Shown in pieces: positions 7,985 through 18,331 of a stretch of 46,140 bases of DNA. Every line of letters starts with the position of its first letter. Within the stretch, counting starts at the first letter, position 1. The notes beneath the pieces are model-generated. The model worked only from the letters and a program-made list of their open reading frames with translations. It searched no databases and was not told where the DNA came from. Both the position numbers and the translations under genes were made by a program. Source of the DNA: a virus (taxonomy: Duplodnaviria; Heunggongvirae; Uroviricota; Caudoviricetes); IMG/VR virus record IMGVR_UViG_2693429508_000014, positions 1 to 46,140 of that record; one strand, given 5' to 3'.

Positions 7985-8212
7985 ATGGCAAACCGCAAAC
8001 AACAGCGCGCATACGCTGCGCGTCGTCACATCCAGACTGAAATCAACCGCAGACTTTTCCGCGCCTTCCGCGTCGCGCATATCATGCACATCAATATGCT
8101 GCATGAGCACAGTCACGCACTGTCAAACACCTATTCCGCCGCTGTTTTCAGCTATCTGGCGGATGATCTGCGCGGGCTGCGGGACCTCATTAACCAGCAC
8201 TACCACCACTAA
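7985..8212 (+). CDS. Hypothetical small protein (weak call)
   Basis: 75-aa ORF with GAGG upstream; lies in an otherwise non-coding 616-bp region. Confidence 0.25.
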   Translation: MANRKQQRAYAARRHIQTEINRRLFRAFRVAHIMHINMLHEHSHALSNTYSAAVFSYLADDLRGLRDLINQHYHH

Positions 8213-8280
8213 TCAACATCCCGAAGCCATCCCGCATCCATACGCGGGAGGCTTCCGCACGTCCGTTTCCGGAGGTTCTC

Positions 8281-8694
8281 ATGAAGAGCGTTAAGGGACT
8301 TTCAGATATTCAGGATTTTTTTAACTGGATGTGGGCGGTGGATCCACGCCTCGCTTCCCGTCTCAATGACCTGCACGACTATTACCGCCGCGCCTGTAAA
8401 CAGGCCGCCAGCAGCGCCACCACATACGGTGACTTTTCCTTCACCGTTGACGACCGTTACCGCGTGGACGTCAGAGACCAGAACAACAGCCTGGAGCTGG
8501 GCCTGTTCCACATCAACGGACTCGACAGCAGTGTTATCAGCTGGTCATCGTCAGAAATGGTGCTCGTTCTGGAAATGACCACCCACAGCGTGGTCGTGAA
8601 AGGGATTAAAACGGCAGAAGACTTTATCGCTGAATACCAGCGTCTTCTTGTGCTGTACCGGGCTGCATTTCAGAAGGCAACAGCAGGGGAGTAA
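8281..8694 (+). CDS. Hypothetical protein upstream of the replication gene
   Basis: 137-aa ORF with GGAGG Shine-Dalgarno, immediately upstream of the gpA-like gene. Confidence 0.5.
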   Translation: MKSVKGLSDIQDFFNWMWAVDPRLASRLNDLHDYYRRACKQAASSATTYGDFSFTVDDRYRVDVRDQNNSLELGLFHINGLDSSVISWSSSEMVLVLEMTTHSVVVKGIKTAEDFIAEYQRLLVLYRAAFQKATAGE

Positions 8695-8699
8695 GCGGA

Positions 8700-11216
8700 A
8701 TGAGCCATCACAACACACACCTGGCGTACCCGTGGAATGCCCCGCTGCCGGTTATTGATCCTGAGACGTTCGGCAGAGCGTTACCGCAGAAGCCAACCGC
8801 ATTACAACGGGCAATCCGGGACTACCTCACCGAAGACATTCGCACTGAGGCCCGGCTGGATGAAGAAACCGTGGTCTTCCTGACAACCACGGACAAAGGC
8901 AAACAAATTAATTCACACCTTCACCGGGACGAAGAGCGGCAGACAAGGTTGGATAAGCTGGCACGACACAGACGCGAAAATCCGCCAACGGAGGTATCGG
9001 AAGCGATAGCCGAACTTCGCGCCCTGCCACCGTTTCTTGCCAGCGTGCTGATCCGCGATCTGGCACGCCTGAACCGGAAACAGCAAAGCGCCCGCAGCAA
9101 AGGTGTAAAAAACAATAGCGCATACGTGGCCGATAACTTCGTTCGCCGTGGACTGCGCGCGCGCCTGAAACGTATCGAACGGGTTAACGACCGCTTTGCA
9201 ACGCCGGCATTCAAATCCAGTGTCATACGCCATCGCCTTGAAGAGCTGCTCATGCTGCCGCAACTCAGCCGCGACAAGATCCAGCGCATCGCCACACTGA
9301 CTGCGCAGTTCTTTACCGCAGAATTTGAACGCATATGTGATGAAGTTCCTGAACAGACCGGAAAGAATAATGACAGCCCGGTTATCTGGCTGCTGGCCTA
9401 CCAGAAGATGGCACGCATAGCCTTAACGCTGGGCGTGATCCCGCCATACTGGCCGGAACTCGAAATCAGGCACAACCGACGCACACCGCCGGACCCTGAA
9501 CTGATACCGGGTGCGGTACTGCGCATCACCTGCGCGACCTGGTGGAACAACCAGTTACGCCACATCGCCGATCTCTGGCGGGAGGAGTTACTGCGTGCCG
9601 CCGGCAGAGTGTCACGTAAACAATCCCCTTATATCAGCCATGAATCACTACTGGAGTTTCGCGAGAAGCGCCAGCGCACCCGTGATTTTCTCAAAAGCTG
9701 GGATATTGAAAACGAAGACGGCGAGCGCCTGAGTCTGGAGGAAGTGTACTGGGCGGGCCCGGGGAATCCACGCAACCGCCGCAATGAAATGATGGTCTGC
9801 GTCAGAGGGATGGAGATGGTAGCCGAATTGCGGGGTGACGTCGCATTCTTCATCACGGTAACAGCCCCTTCCCGCTTTCACAGCGTGAACGAAGACGGCA
9901 GCCTGAACCCGAAATACAACGGTGCCACTGTACGCGATACCAGTGATTATCTGGTTTACGACTTCTTCGCAGCCGTAAGAAAAAAAATCAAAAAAGAGGG
10001 GCTGGGCTGGTACGGCGTGCGAACCGCTGAGCCACACCATGACGGCACGCCACACTGGCATATGCTGGTATTCACGTCCCCTGAGAACGCAGAGCGCATC
10101 ATCGAAATTATGCGCGACGCAGCGATTAAATCAGATCGCCACGAACTGGGGGACGATATTTCGCCGCGCTTTGAATGCGAGAAGATAGATCCGGAAAAAG
10201 GGTCGCCGGCAAGCTATATCGCAACCTATATCGGTAAGAACCTGGACGCCAGCGCCTTCCACAACAATGATCCGAAAACCGGAAAACCTTACGTCGATAA
10301 GGAATCCGGGAAAACCATGGCGGAAACCGTGGAGAACGCCATTGCATGGGCGAGCCTTCACCGCATACGTCAGTTCCAGTTTTTCGGCATTCCGCCCCGC
10401 CAGGTGTGGCGAGAACTCCGCCGCCTTGCAAGCCAGATGGAGCGCAACCCGGCATCACCGAAGCGACTCGATCATGGAGATATTGACGCCATTATGGCCG
10501 CCGCAGACGTGGGGTGTTTTGCCACCTACATCATGAAACAGGGTGGCGTGCTTATTCCACGCAACCAGTATCTGGTCCGCACCGCATACAAAACCGCAGA
10601 CGAAGCTAATGACTACGGCGAATTCCCGCAGCGCATCTACGGAATTTGCGCCCCGTCACTCGGGGAACGGTACACCATCTGCACCCATCCGGATGAGTGG
10701 AAACTGGTCAGAAAAGAATCTGACGCCGACAACAGCACGGACGAGGGTTTTGACCTTCGGGGCGGCTTCGCCGCACCTTGGACTCGTGGCAATAACTGTC
10801 CCGGTGACGAAAAAACAGCCGGAACCGGCACAGAAAACAGGCAGCGTGGGTCGCGGCTGACGCTTCCGGAAAGCGGCCTGGCGCACTGGTTGCAGACGTT
10901 AACCCGTCACGAGCGGAAACAGCTCATCAGACAGCTTAAAAATCAGCCGCCCACCACGGATACCGGACAAAATAACACCAGACCAGCATCAGACACCCCT
11001 GTCAGGGTGGAGGTTGTCGTGCCTGTCGACACCACGACCATCGCACAAATCACCCGCGAACTCGACGCGCTGGGTGTGCAGCTGCCTGACGCAGCCATTA
11101 TTTCCGTGAGTAACGGTGCCCGCGTTCGCCCGGGCGACGGGCGTATCGCGTACTGGAGCGCCACAACCCGCCGTATCGTCATCACACAGGAGTCGTCAGC
11201 GGAGGTAAGATCATGA
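8700..11216 (+). CDS. Replication initiation protein, P2 gpA-like rolling-circle (HUH) endonuclease
   Basis: 838 aa. Motifs FITVTAPSRFH, YGVRTAEPHHDGTPHWHMLVF (HUH motif) and SYIATYIGKNLD match P2 gpA as recalled. Confidence 0.9.
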   Translation: MSHHNTHLAYPWNAPLPVIDPETFGRALPQKPTALQRAIRDYLTEDIRTEARLDEETVVFLTTTDKGKQINSHLHRDEERQTRLDKLARHRRENPPTEVSEAIAELRALPPFLASVLIRDLARLNRKQQSARSKGVKNNSAYVADNFVRRGLRARLKRIERVNDRFATPAFKSSVIRHRLEELLMLPQLSRDKIQRIATLTAQFFTAEFERICDEVPEQTGKNNDSPVIWLLAYQKMARIALTLGVIPPYWPELEIRHNRRTPPDPELIPGAVLRITCATWWNNQLRHIADLWREELLRAAGRVSRKQSPYISHESLLEFREKRQRTRDFLKSWDIENEDGERLSLEEVYWAGPGNPRNRRNEMMVCVRGMEMVAELRGDVAFFITVTAPSRFHSVNEDGSLNPKYNGATVRDTSDYLVYDFFAAVRKKIKKEGLGWYGVRTAEPHHDGTPHWHMLVFTSPENAERIIEIMRDAAIKSDRHELGDDISPRFECEKIDPEKGSPASYIATYIGKNLDASAFHNNDPKTGKPYVDKESGKTMAETVENAIAWASLHRIRQFQFFGIPPRQVWRELRRLASQMERNPASPKRLDHGDIDAIMAAADVGCFATYIMKQGGVLIPRNQYLVRTAYKTADEANDYGEFPQRIYGICAPSLGERYTICTHPDEWKLVRKESDADNSTDEGFDLRGGFAAPWTRGNNCPGDEKTAGTGTENRQRGSRLTLPESGLAHWLQTLTRHERKQLIRQLKNQPPTTDTGQNNTRPASDTPVRVEVVVPVDTTTIAQITRELDALGVQLPDAAIISVSNGARVRPGDGRIAYWSATTRRIVITQESSAEVRS

Positions 11217-11644
11217 CGCGATTTCACTGCACCATGCAGCGTCAGCAGTTCGACGCCGTTATGCGCCAGCGCACGCCAGCCATGACACTGAGAGGCGTAG
11301 CCACAAGACCACAGCCCGGGGACGAACTGGAAATCACGGTGGCCAGCCCCGATCGCACCACCACAACCACCATCACCGACATACTTAACAGGCGACCGGG
11401 CAGTGAATATCAGAGCTGGACCATTGCCGTTCGCCCACGCCGTTCGCCGGAAGAACCGGAGCCGCTCACCCCGGCCGGAAAAATCATGCAGAAGTACCAC
11501 GAAGAGCAGGCCCGCAAACACAATGTCGCGCTGGCCAGAACACTGACTGCCGTCAATCGCAAGGCCGCACTGGCGCGAAGGGTCTTTTCATCGCAGCACC
11601 CTTCATTCGCCAGACCGGCACAACACAGGAGAGATCCACAATGA
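11213..11644 (+). CDS. Hypothetical protein (orf91-like position after the replication gene)
   Basis: 143-aa ORF with ATGA overlap with the gpA-like stop. Confidence 0.45.
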   Translation: MTRFHCTMQRQQFDAVMRQRTPAMTLRGVATRPQPGDELEITVASPDRTTTTTITDILNRRPGSEYQSWTIAVRPRRSPEEPEPLTPAGKIMQKYHEEQARKHNVALARTLTAVNRKAALARRVFSSQHPSFARPAQHRRDPQ

Positions 11645-11889
11645 GAGAGCAATTACCAGACACCGTGCCAGTACAGGAAATCAAAGAAAATATCAGGCAA
11701 CAACTTCACGGATTTTATATTACTTATGATTTGTGGCTGAAAAACGGAGCAAATCCAGACGGAATATTTTCGCGAAACTGTGGTTTATGCGCCAGCCTCT
11801 GGGATTATCTCGAATTAACGGGTGCTGATAAAGAAGCCGCACTGGAGCTATTGCACATTGATTTCAGAAATGCCGGGCGAACCGCATAG
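11641..11889 (+). CDS. Hypothetical small protein, lower GC (possible cargo)
   Basis: 82-aa ORF with ATGA overlap; visibly AT-richer codon usage than neighbours. Confidence 0.4.
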   Translation: MREQLPDTVPVQEIKENIRQQLHGFYITYDLWLKNGANPDGIFSRNCGLCASLWDYLELTGADKEAALELLHIDFRNAGRTA

Positions 11890-11944
11890 CGGTGAGTCTG
11901 TCAGGGCGAGGAAGCGGAAGATCCACCGCCCCACAGAATGGCAC

Positions 11945-12208
11945 TTACGCGCCATCACTGAGCAGAATATCCAGTGCCATTTGCCTTTCGTCTGGTTTAA
12001 GGCGCTGGAGCAATGCTTTAACGACACCATCAGTTTGCAGGTCACTGGGTGAAATCACGCGAAGATCGGAAAGATTGAGCGAAAAACGCATATTACAGTC
12101 AGAATTAGTGCAGGTGCAATAAACTACCGCCAGCGTTTTTGCGTCATCCTGCCATGCAGTTTTGCGTATAGCCGCCCGGCAGTGACACGCCGGACATTCA
12201 ATTTTCAT
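11945..12208 (-). CDS. ogr: Ogr/Delta-family zinc-finger late transcription activator
   Basis: MKIECPACHC...YCTCTNSDCNMRF matches the Ogr Cys4 pattern (MFHCPLC...C.N..C). An alternative start 12 nt upstream at 12220 (MAGVMKIE...) is possible. Confidence 0.7.
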   Translation of the reverse strand: MKIECPACHCRAAIRKTAWQDDAKTLAVVYCTCTNSDCNMRFSLNLSDLRVISPSDLQTDGVVKALLQRLKPDERQMALDILLSDGA

Positions 12209-12270
12209 CACACCCGCCATAACCCCCCCACAATCTGACCGGTTGCAGGGGTAATATAGTCTTTTTCGGG

Positions 12271-13326
12271 TTATTTTTCATCAGCCAGCGCAGACACCAC
12301 ATTTTCCACATCTTCCAGCGTAAAATTAAGGTGTAACGACGGGGGGATTTCGGGATCGCTGTTCACAGCCTGCATGAATTTACGGCAGACAGGTGTCACT
12401 TCATCCCGTCCATAGGTTGTCCTTGCCTTATCGGGATCGCCAAGTCCGCTCGCATTTTGCGGGATAATACCGGCAAGACCAGCCGGAAAGCGGTGCGCCG
12501 TAAGAACATCCTGAGCGCTGATATTCTTCACATTTGAAAACTCATCTTTTTGCTGAATATCCCCAACCGGAATAATTTTAATCCCGTCCGGTTGCCCTTT
12601 TGGGATACTGATAAACATGTTACGGAAATTCCCAAGCCCGTTACCGCTCTCTATTTTTTTACGTATAGCTTCTTCAGCCTCAACAGACATATTCGGGTCG
12701 GACGCGTACATGATGAACCCCATATGCGCACCGTTGTGATAGTAGCGACGTCTGAAAATGGTCGCCTCACTGTTCAGTAACGCTGAATGAATACCACCGA
12801 TATAATCAGGCAGTCCATAAATCTGCTGTCGCGGATCATGCATACGTAAAAACACAACATCAGACGGCGAATAGACCAGCGGCTCGCCCTCCTGTAACAC
12901 GATAAAATCAAGTTGCTTGCTGCGACGCAGATACAAAGACGGTAATGGTGCCAGCGCCACCACCCGTCCCCACCCGTTACGGACCTTCAGAATGGCCACA
13001 TCACCAAACAGCAGGTAGTCAAAGACAGCCATTTCCATCTGATCGGTCGTCAGTCCACCCCCCTGGTAGCTGGCACACACCATATTTTTGCGTGCATACA
13101 GTACGCCGCCATGCTGGGCGTTAAGGTTCGGCAACTGCGCGAGCGCAAGTCTGTCTATTGGTAGTGTCCAGTAGTTGTAGCTACCGTTATACCAGACGTT
13201 GATGTATTCCGTGCCGGTAGTCAGTATCGGTTCCGGCTCCCCAAAAGTGATAATATTGCCGCGTCCGGGAGTAAAATTTTCTGTCTGTGCCCGTTTACGC
13301 AGGCGTGCGCTTTTACGTTTACTCAT
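12271..13326 (-). CDS. Portal protein (P2 gpQ-like)
   Basis: 351 aa, downstream of and overlapping (ATGA) the terminase ATPase gene on the minus strand. Position and size as for P2 Q. Confidence 0.8.
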   Translation of the reverse strand: MSKRKSARLRKRAQTENFTPGRGNIITFGEPEPILTTGTEYINVWYNGSYNYWTLPIDRLALAQLPNLNAQHGGVLYARKNMVCASYQGGGLTTDQMEMAVFDYLLFGDVAILKVRNGWGRVVALAPLPSLYLRRSKQLDFIVLQEGEPLVYSPSDVVFLRMHDPRQQIYGLPDYIGGIHSALLNSEATIFRRRYYHNGAHMGFIMYASDPNMSVEAEEAIRKKIESGNGLGNFRNMFISIPKGQPDGIKIIPVGDIQQKDEFSNVKNISAQDVLTAHRFPAGLAGIIPQNASGLGDPDKARTTYGRDEVTPVCRKFMQAVNSDPEIPPSLHLNFTLEDVENVVSALADEK

Positions 13327-15146
13327 GCAGCCTTCCCGAATGCCCACACCGAGGGGCGGTCATATTCATAGTCGAGCGGTTCATTACAGACCGCGTGCGA
13401 TATGGCAAAAAATACGTCCGCGTGACCGGTCGTTTCGCTGCGTTCGGCGGCGAACGTCATTGCGTTCTGACTGGCAGTCATTACACGGCGGATGGCCATA
13501 AATGCCAGCGGGATATCGGCACGTTCTTTTGTCACCTCATCAACCGCATCTTTCACCCACTGGATACGTCGCCGCTCAATGAGGTCAATCATCTTAAGCA
13601 CCAGTTTATTTTTATTATCAACACTGTAGTTAATCCCCATCACCTCACGCGGTGCGGAGCGTACCAGTTGATCATAAACACCCCGGCCAATACCCGTGAT
13701 ATCCACCCCGATATGCGTAAACCGGTAGCGTTTCATTAATTCTTCAATCTGCTTAACCTGCCAGGTGAAGTTAAGCCCCACCCACTGGTAGACAGCCAGC
13801 ACGCGAAATTTTTCTTTAGGCTCAACAGGCGGGGCCACAATAACAAATGTTGAGTTATCACCCGTTCGTGACGGATCAAAACCACCCCACACCTCACGAT
13901 TACCAAAAGGCCGTAATGCGGAGGGGTCGAAGTCCTGCCAGATGCCGAACTCAACCTCACATTTTTCAAGGTCTGAGAATTTAAATACTGTGTCGCGGGA
14001 GTCAGTGAACTCACACATGTACAGCATGGCAAACGCCGTGGCGCTGTAGCGGTTACGCAGCTTCTCAATGTTAACTCTGGCACTGAGTCCCTTAGCGCAC
14101 GCATCCTCCATTGTGATGACATAGCGCCAGATCCCGTCAGGGCAGACCTGTCCACCTTTACGCAATTCCTTGCTGGTCGGGAACTCCGCCGCCTTACGTT
14201 TCGGATCGTCGCCCTTCCATTCATCCCCTGTCCACAGCCTGTAAGCCTGGTGCGTTTTAGTGCTGGGGGTTGAAAAATAGGTAATACGGAATTCGTCATG
14301 CGTCGCCATCGCTGACGCCACTTCATGCAGGCGGGCAAATTTCGATATCCAGAAGACCTCATCCCCGTACAGGTCGCCACTGTAGGACTGCGCCGTATTG
14401 GGATTGGTCGCCAGAAAACGCAGTATCGCACCATTGCTGAGGCGAATCGGGTTGCCTTTAAGCTCGACACCAAAGAATTGCTGCGCAATACTGAGAATAT
14501 AGAAACGGAAAACTTCCGCCTGGGGTTTACTGGCGGAAAAGAATATCTGATTCTTGCCCGTGAGAACGGCCTTTTCAAACCCTTCCCATGCAAAATAGTA
14601 GGTAAATCCTTCCTGTCGCCCTTTCAGAATGAAGCGGAACAGTTCGTCGCCGTGCTCACGCACATATTGCTGATATTCAAACAGATGACCATTCGCTTTT
14701 TCATCAAATATTTCTTTTGTCAGTCCGCCGACATCATTTTTACGTAGTCGCTTCCTTTTTTTACCACCTTCGTCATTCCCTTCTTCACTGCTACCCTGTC
14801 GGCCATCATTGACCACCACGCCGGTATTGACCATCGCCCGGATCTCTTCCATCCGTTCAGCATGTTTGTTCTTCTGCGCCATCAGCCTGACGTGCTGGGA
14901 TATCAGGAAGCGCAGCTCTTCAAGCTCAAGCTCGCTTTTACCATCCTTGCAGGTCAGTCGTTCCACTCGCCGAGCGACAGCCACTTCCACCGACTCGGCT
15001 GGTAACATTTCATTCCATTGCCCCCGGACAGCCCAGTTATAAACGGTACGCACAGGAAGCCCCAGCGTGGCCGCTATCTCTTTTGGTGTACTGAATTTCA
15101 GATACAGGGCGCGGGCAGCGTCCCTGACTTCTTCGGTATATTTCAT
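13323..15146 (-). CDS. Terminase large (ATPase) subunit, P2 gpP-like
   Basis: N-terminus MKYTEEVRDAARALYLKFSTPKEIAATLGLPVRTVYNWA resembles the gpP N-terminal HTH. The ORF track's longer N-terminus is unlikely; ATG at 15146 chosen. Confidence 0.85.
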   Translation of the reverse strand: MKYTEEVRDAARALYLKFSTPKEIAATLGLPVRTVYNWAVRGQWNEMLPAESVEVAVARRVERLTCKDGKSELELEELRFLISQHVRLMAQKNKHAERMEEIRAMVNTGVVVNDGRQGSSEEGNDEGGKKRKRLRKNDVGGLTKEIFDEKANGHLFEYQQYVREHGDELFRFILKGRQEGFTYYFAWEGFEKAVLTGKNQIFFSASKPQAEVFRFYILSIAQQFFGVELKGNPIRLSNGAILRFLATNPNTAQSYSGDLYGDEVFWISKFARLHEVASAMATHDEFRITYFSTPSTKTHQAYRLWTGDEWKGDDPKRKAAEFPTSKELRKGGQVCPDGIWRYVITMEDACAKGLSARVNIEKLRNRYSATAFAMLYMCEFTDSRDTVFKFSDLEKCEVEFGIWQDFDPSALRPFGNREVWGGFDPSRTGDNSTFVIVAPPVEPKEKFRVLAVYQWVGLNFTWQVKQIEELMKRYRFTHIGVDITGIGRGVYDQLVRSAPREVMGINYSVDNKNKLVLKMIDLIERRRIQWVKDAVDEVTKERADIPLAFMAIRRVMTASQNAMTFAAERSETTGHADVFFAISHAVCNEPLDYEYDRPSVWAFGKAA

Positions 15147-15303
15147 TCGCCCATCATAAAGAGCAATAACACTCTGAAATATCGTTAAATTTTGGCATTT
15201 TTCGCACATAAAATCATATACGAAAAGCCCGGATTCAGAACGAATGAAACCCGCGAAAACAGCCGCAATAATACCGCCAGATACATCAAAAAGCGGTAAT
15301 GAA

Positions 15304-16416
15304 ATGGCAAAGCAGAAATACACCACTGACTGGATATGCATAGCAACCGAAGGCTACGCCATCGACGGTCGCCCCATTACCCGCGAAATGATCCAGCAGG
15401 CCGCTGACAACTACAGCACCGCCAGATACACAGCGATGATCTGGCCTAATCACCCCGTATACAGTCTTCAGGAGCGAGAATTTACCCCCAATCTGGGGCT
15501 TGTTTCCGAGCTGGCGGCTAAAGAAGACGCCGGAAGACTGCGCCTTATGGCGAAGCTGGAGCCTAACCAGGCGCTGGTTAACCTTAACGATCGCGGCCAG
15601 AAGCTCTTTACCTCGTGCGAGTTCTGGGAGAACTATGCCAACACCGGGCAAACCTATCTGTACGGGCTGGCAGCAACCGACAGTCCGGCAAGTCTGGGAA
15701 CCCAGCGCATGGAAATCAAATCAGTGGAAAACAACACACAGGGCTCACGTCCGCAGTATGCCGCCGCTGGAAATATTGAAATGTTCAGTCTTGGGCGTCT
15801 GACGCTGGTCGCTGACACCCCAACAAACCATCATGAGGATAAATCCATGACTAAAGAACAGGCGAACCAGTTGCTAGCCCAGATTGTCACTCTGACGGCA
15901 AAAATTGACGCGCAGGCGAACACGCAACCACAGGCACAGCAACCCGCACCGGCGCAGCCCACGGCATCCGCAACAGCAGACACACAGCCAGTAACCGGGG
16001 ATTTCAGCGCTCACGCTAATCACGTTGCGGAGCTGAGTGAAAAGCTTTCCGTTGCCACTGACACACTGGCCATCAACCCGAAAGACGACACGGCACGCCA
16101 GAACTACACCACCGCCGTGACGGAGCTACAGACCGCACTTAACACCTTTACGGTGCAGCCACAGGATGCTGAAACCGCAAAACTCCAGGCACGTATCGCC
16201 GCCCGTAATGGCGGACAACAGCCAGCACCAGCCGCAGCGCAGAATTTCAGTACCCGAAAGACGGAAAAAGATGATGAGGCCGACGCCGCCACACTGACAA
16301 CGCTTACCAGTGCAATCGAAAATCTGAGCCAGCGTTTTTCGGCCATTGAAGCCCGGCGCACACCGATGCCGGGCGTAGCACCCGGCGGACAACCCGCACA
16401 GTTTGAGCCGCTGTAA
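15304..16416 (+). CDS. Capsid scaffolding protein (P2 gpO-like)
   Basis: Divergent from the terminase gene. WICIATEGYAIDGRPITREMIQQAA resembles the gpO N-terminus. Q/A/P-rich C-terminal half. Start could be 15244. Confidence 0.75.
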   Translation: MAKQKYTTDWICIATEGYAIDGRPITREMIQQAADNYSTARYTAMIWPNHPVYSLQEREFTPNLGLVSELAAKEDAGRLRLMAKLEPNQALVNLNDRGQKLFTSCEFWENYANTGQTYLYGLAATDSPASLGTQRMEIKSVENNTQGSRPQYAAAGNIEMFSLGRLTLVADTPTNHHEDKSMTKEQANQLLAQIVTLTAKIDAQANTQPQAQQPAPAQPTASATADTQPVTGDFSAHANHVAELSEKLSVATDTLAINPKDDTARQNYTTAVTELQTALNTFTVQPQDAETAKLQARIAARNGGQQPAPAAAQNFSTRKTEKDDEADAATLTTLTSAIENLSQRFSAIEARRTPMPGVAPGGQPAQFEPL

Positions 16417-16464
16417 GCGGTCGTTGAGAAAAACAGACAAAAGGACCAACCGGAGAAAAAACCA

Positions 16465-17514
16465 ATGGCCGCACAGATGTTATCACCACAGGCGCAAAAG
16501 TTTTTGCGTAATTACGCCATTTCGATGGCAAAAGCCAATGGCGTATTTACAGCACAACAGTTTTTTACCATCAGCCCACCGCGTGAAACCCTGCTACGCG
16601 ATGCCCTGATTGAGAATGCCGACCCGTTCATGGGCAAGATCACCGTCATGCTGGTCGAACAGCTTGTCGGCCAGGTAGTCAGTACCGGAATTCCGGGGTT
16701 GTATACCGGGCGCAAGAAAGACGGACGCTTCAATAAAGCGCTGGGGAGTGAAGGCAACGAGTACAAGCTTTACGAAGTGGATTCCGGTTCATTCCTGGAC
16801 TACACCACCCTGACCAACTGGGCAAACGCAGGCACCGAAAACGAGTTCTATAACCGTCTTCAGGCGTTCTTTTACAAGTCAGTCACCAACGACCTGTTAC
16901 GCGTGGCACTGAACGGTACACATGCCGCAGATGAAACCAATCCTGATACCTGCCCGAACGGGGAAGATATTCACCCGGGATGGCATCAGATTGTTAAAGC
17001 GCGCACACCAAAACAGATCATTACTGACAAGGTCGTATTGAACCGTACAGGAACCGGGGCTGATTTTACGTCTGTTGATGCTATTGCCGCCGATGTAATC
17101 AATACCTGCATTCCACCCGAATTCCGTCAACACCCGGATCTGGTTGTACTGGTATCACAGAACATTATCGCAGCAGATACGGTCAGTATGCTGAACCGCA
17201 TCGACCGCCCGACAGAAAAAGTCGCCGCCCAGCTTATCAACCGTGAGATCGCCGGACGCAAGTCATTCAGTCCGCCATTTATGCCGGATAACCGCCTGGT
17301 TGTCACCACGCTCTGGAATCTGCATATGTACTTCCAGCGCGGAACACAGCAACGCCGTGCCGAATGGATTGATGACCGCAAACGCTTCGAAAACAACTGG
17401 CTGCGTATGCAGGGTTGCGCCGTGGAATATGACGCACTCTACGGTTCGTTTGACAACATTGAACTGGCAGGACTGCCATCACCTGAACATGCGAAACCAA
17501 ACCAGGCAGCGTAA
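16465..17514 (+). CDS. Major capsid protein (P2 gpN-like)
   Basis: 349 aa. HPDLVVLVSQNIIAAD aligns with the gpN DPDLVVIVG segment as recalled. Position after the scaffold gene. Confidence 0.85.
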   Translation: MAAQMLSPQAQKFLRNYAISMAKANGVFTAQQFFTISPPRETLLRDALIENADPFMGKITVMLVEQLVGQVVSTGIPGLYTGRKKDGRFNKALGSEGNEYKLYEVDSGSFLDYTTLTNWANAGTENEFYNRLQAFFYKSVTNDLLRVALNGTHAADETNPDTCPNGEDIHPGWHQIVKARTPKQIITDKVVLNRTGTGADFTSVDAIAADVINTCIPPEFRQHPDLVVLVSQNIIAADTVSMLNRIDRPTEKVAAQLINREIAGRKSFSPPFMPDNRLVVTTLWNLHMYFQRGTQQRRAEWIDDRKRFENNWLRMQGCAVEYDALYGSFDNIELAGLPSPEHAKPNQAA

Positions 17515-17525
17515 CGGACTGACGT

Positions 17526-18227
17526 ATGCAGACTCCGGCGCAAAAGTTCAGAGCCAGACTGGCCGCGCAGCAGGCAATGGAACACCGCGAGGCACTGACC
17601 GTACGCGACAGTCTTCATCTGCAACTGGCGCAACTGGAAATCGACTGCAGGGCTGTGAGCAGTTGCGCCACCAACGCCGATCGTGTGGCATTCAAGCGTG
17701 AATCCCTGCTGCCGCGCTGGATGCCGACGATTGAGGCGTGGCTGCAAAGCGGCGAGGAGTACAAATACATCCCGTTTACCTGGTGCATCGTCTGGCTGTT
17801 TGATACCGGCGAAATGGACAAAGCTCTGGAATGGGCCGATATCGCCATCGGACAGAATCAACCCATGCCACCACGCTTTGACCGTGATTTGCCAACGTTC
17901 GTCGCCGATGAGGTCATGCAGTGGGCACAGATTCAGTTTGATAAAGGCCTTTCCGTCGAGCCCTATTTCAGCCGCGTGATGAGCCATATCGAAAAAGACT
18001 GGACACTGCACGAAGAGATAGTTGCCAGATGGTACAAATTCGCCGGTCTTAACCTGTTACGGGACAGCGATGGCAAACCGACAACCCCGGCCGCCATTTA
18101 CGACGTGGCGAAACTACGTAGCGCCGATGAGTGGATGGCCCGTGCGCACAGCACCACTCCCAAAGCAGGTGTTCGCGCCATACGAAACAAAATAGCCGCC
18201 CGTCTGCGCGCATTACGGGCGGTATAA
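17526..18227 (+). CDS. Terminase small / endonuclease subunit (P2 gpM-like)
   Basis: 233 aa. LLPRWMPTIEAWL resembles gpM LLPFWLPWVNGVL. Conserved position. Confidence 0.75.
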   Translation: MQTPAQKFRARLAAQQAMEHREALTVRDSLHLQLAQLEIDCRAVSSCATNADRVAFKRESLLPRWMPTIEAWLQSGEEYKYIPFTWCIVWLFDTGEMDKALEWADIAIGQNQPMPPRFDRDLPTFVADEVMQWAQIQFDKGLSVEPYFSRVMSHIEKDWTLHEEIVARWYKFAGLNLLRDSDGKPTTPAAIYDVAKLRSADEWMARAHSTTPKAGVRAIRNKIAARLRALRAV

Positions 18228-18331
18228 CGAAAGCCCCACGGCTTCAGGCGGGCACGGTGAGGATGACACGCACAAGCGTCAGTCATGCCGCGGAACCGTT
18301 CGCCCGACCTGACCTACACAGAGAATCAGCC

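Noticed and set aside
7665-8294. 209-aa plus-strand ORF spanning the intergenic region
   Set aside because: No ribosome-binding site; it runs through a terminator hairpin and its translation is low complexity. The region is more likely regulatory.
13736-14593. 285-aa minus-strand ORF in an alternative frame
   Set aside because: Lies inside the terminase ATPase gene in another frame; Arg/Ser-rich low-complexity translation.
15147-15303. Ogr-dependent late promoter (TGT-N12-ACA) in the divergent terminase/scaffold region
   Set aside because: Only imperfect matches (TGG...ACA with wrong spacing) were seen by eye; not called without a proper motif scan.
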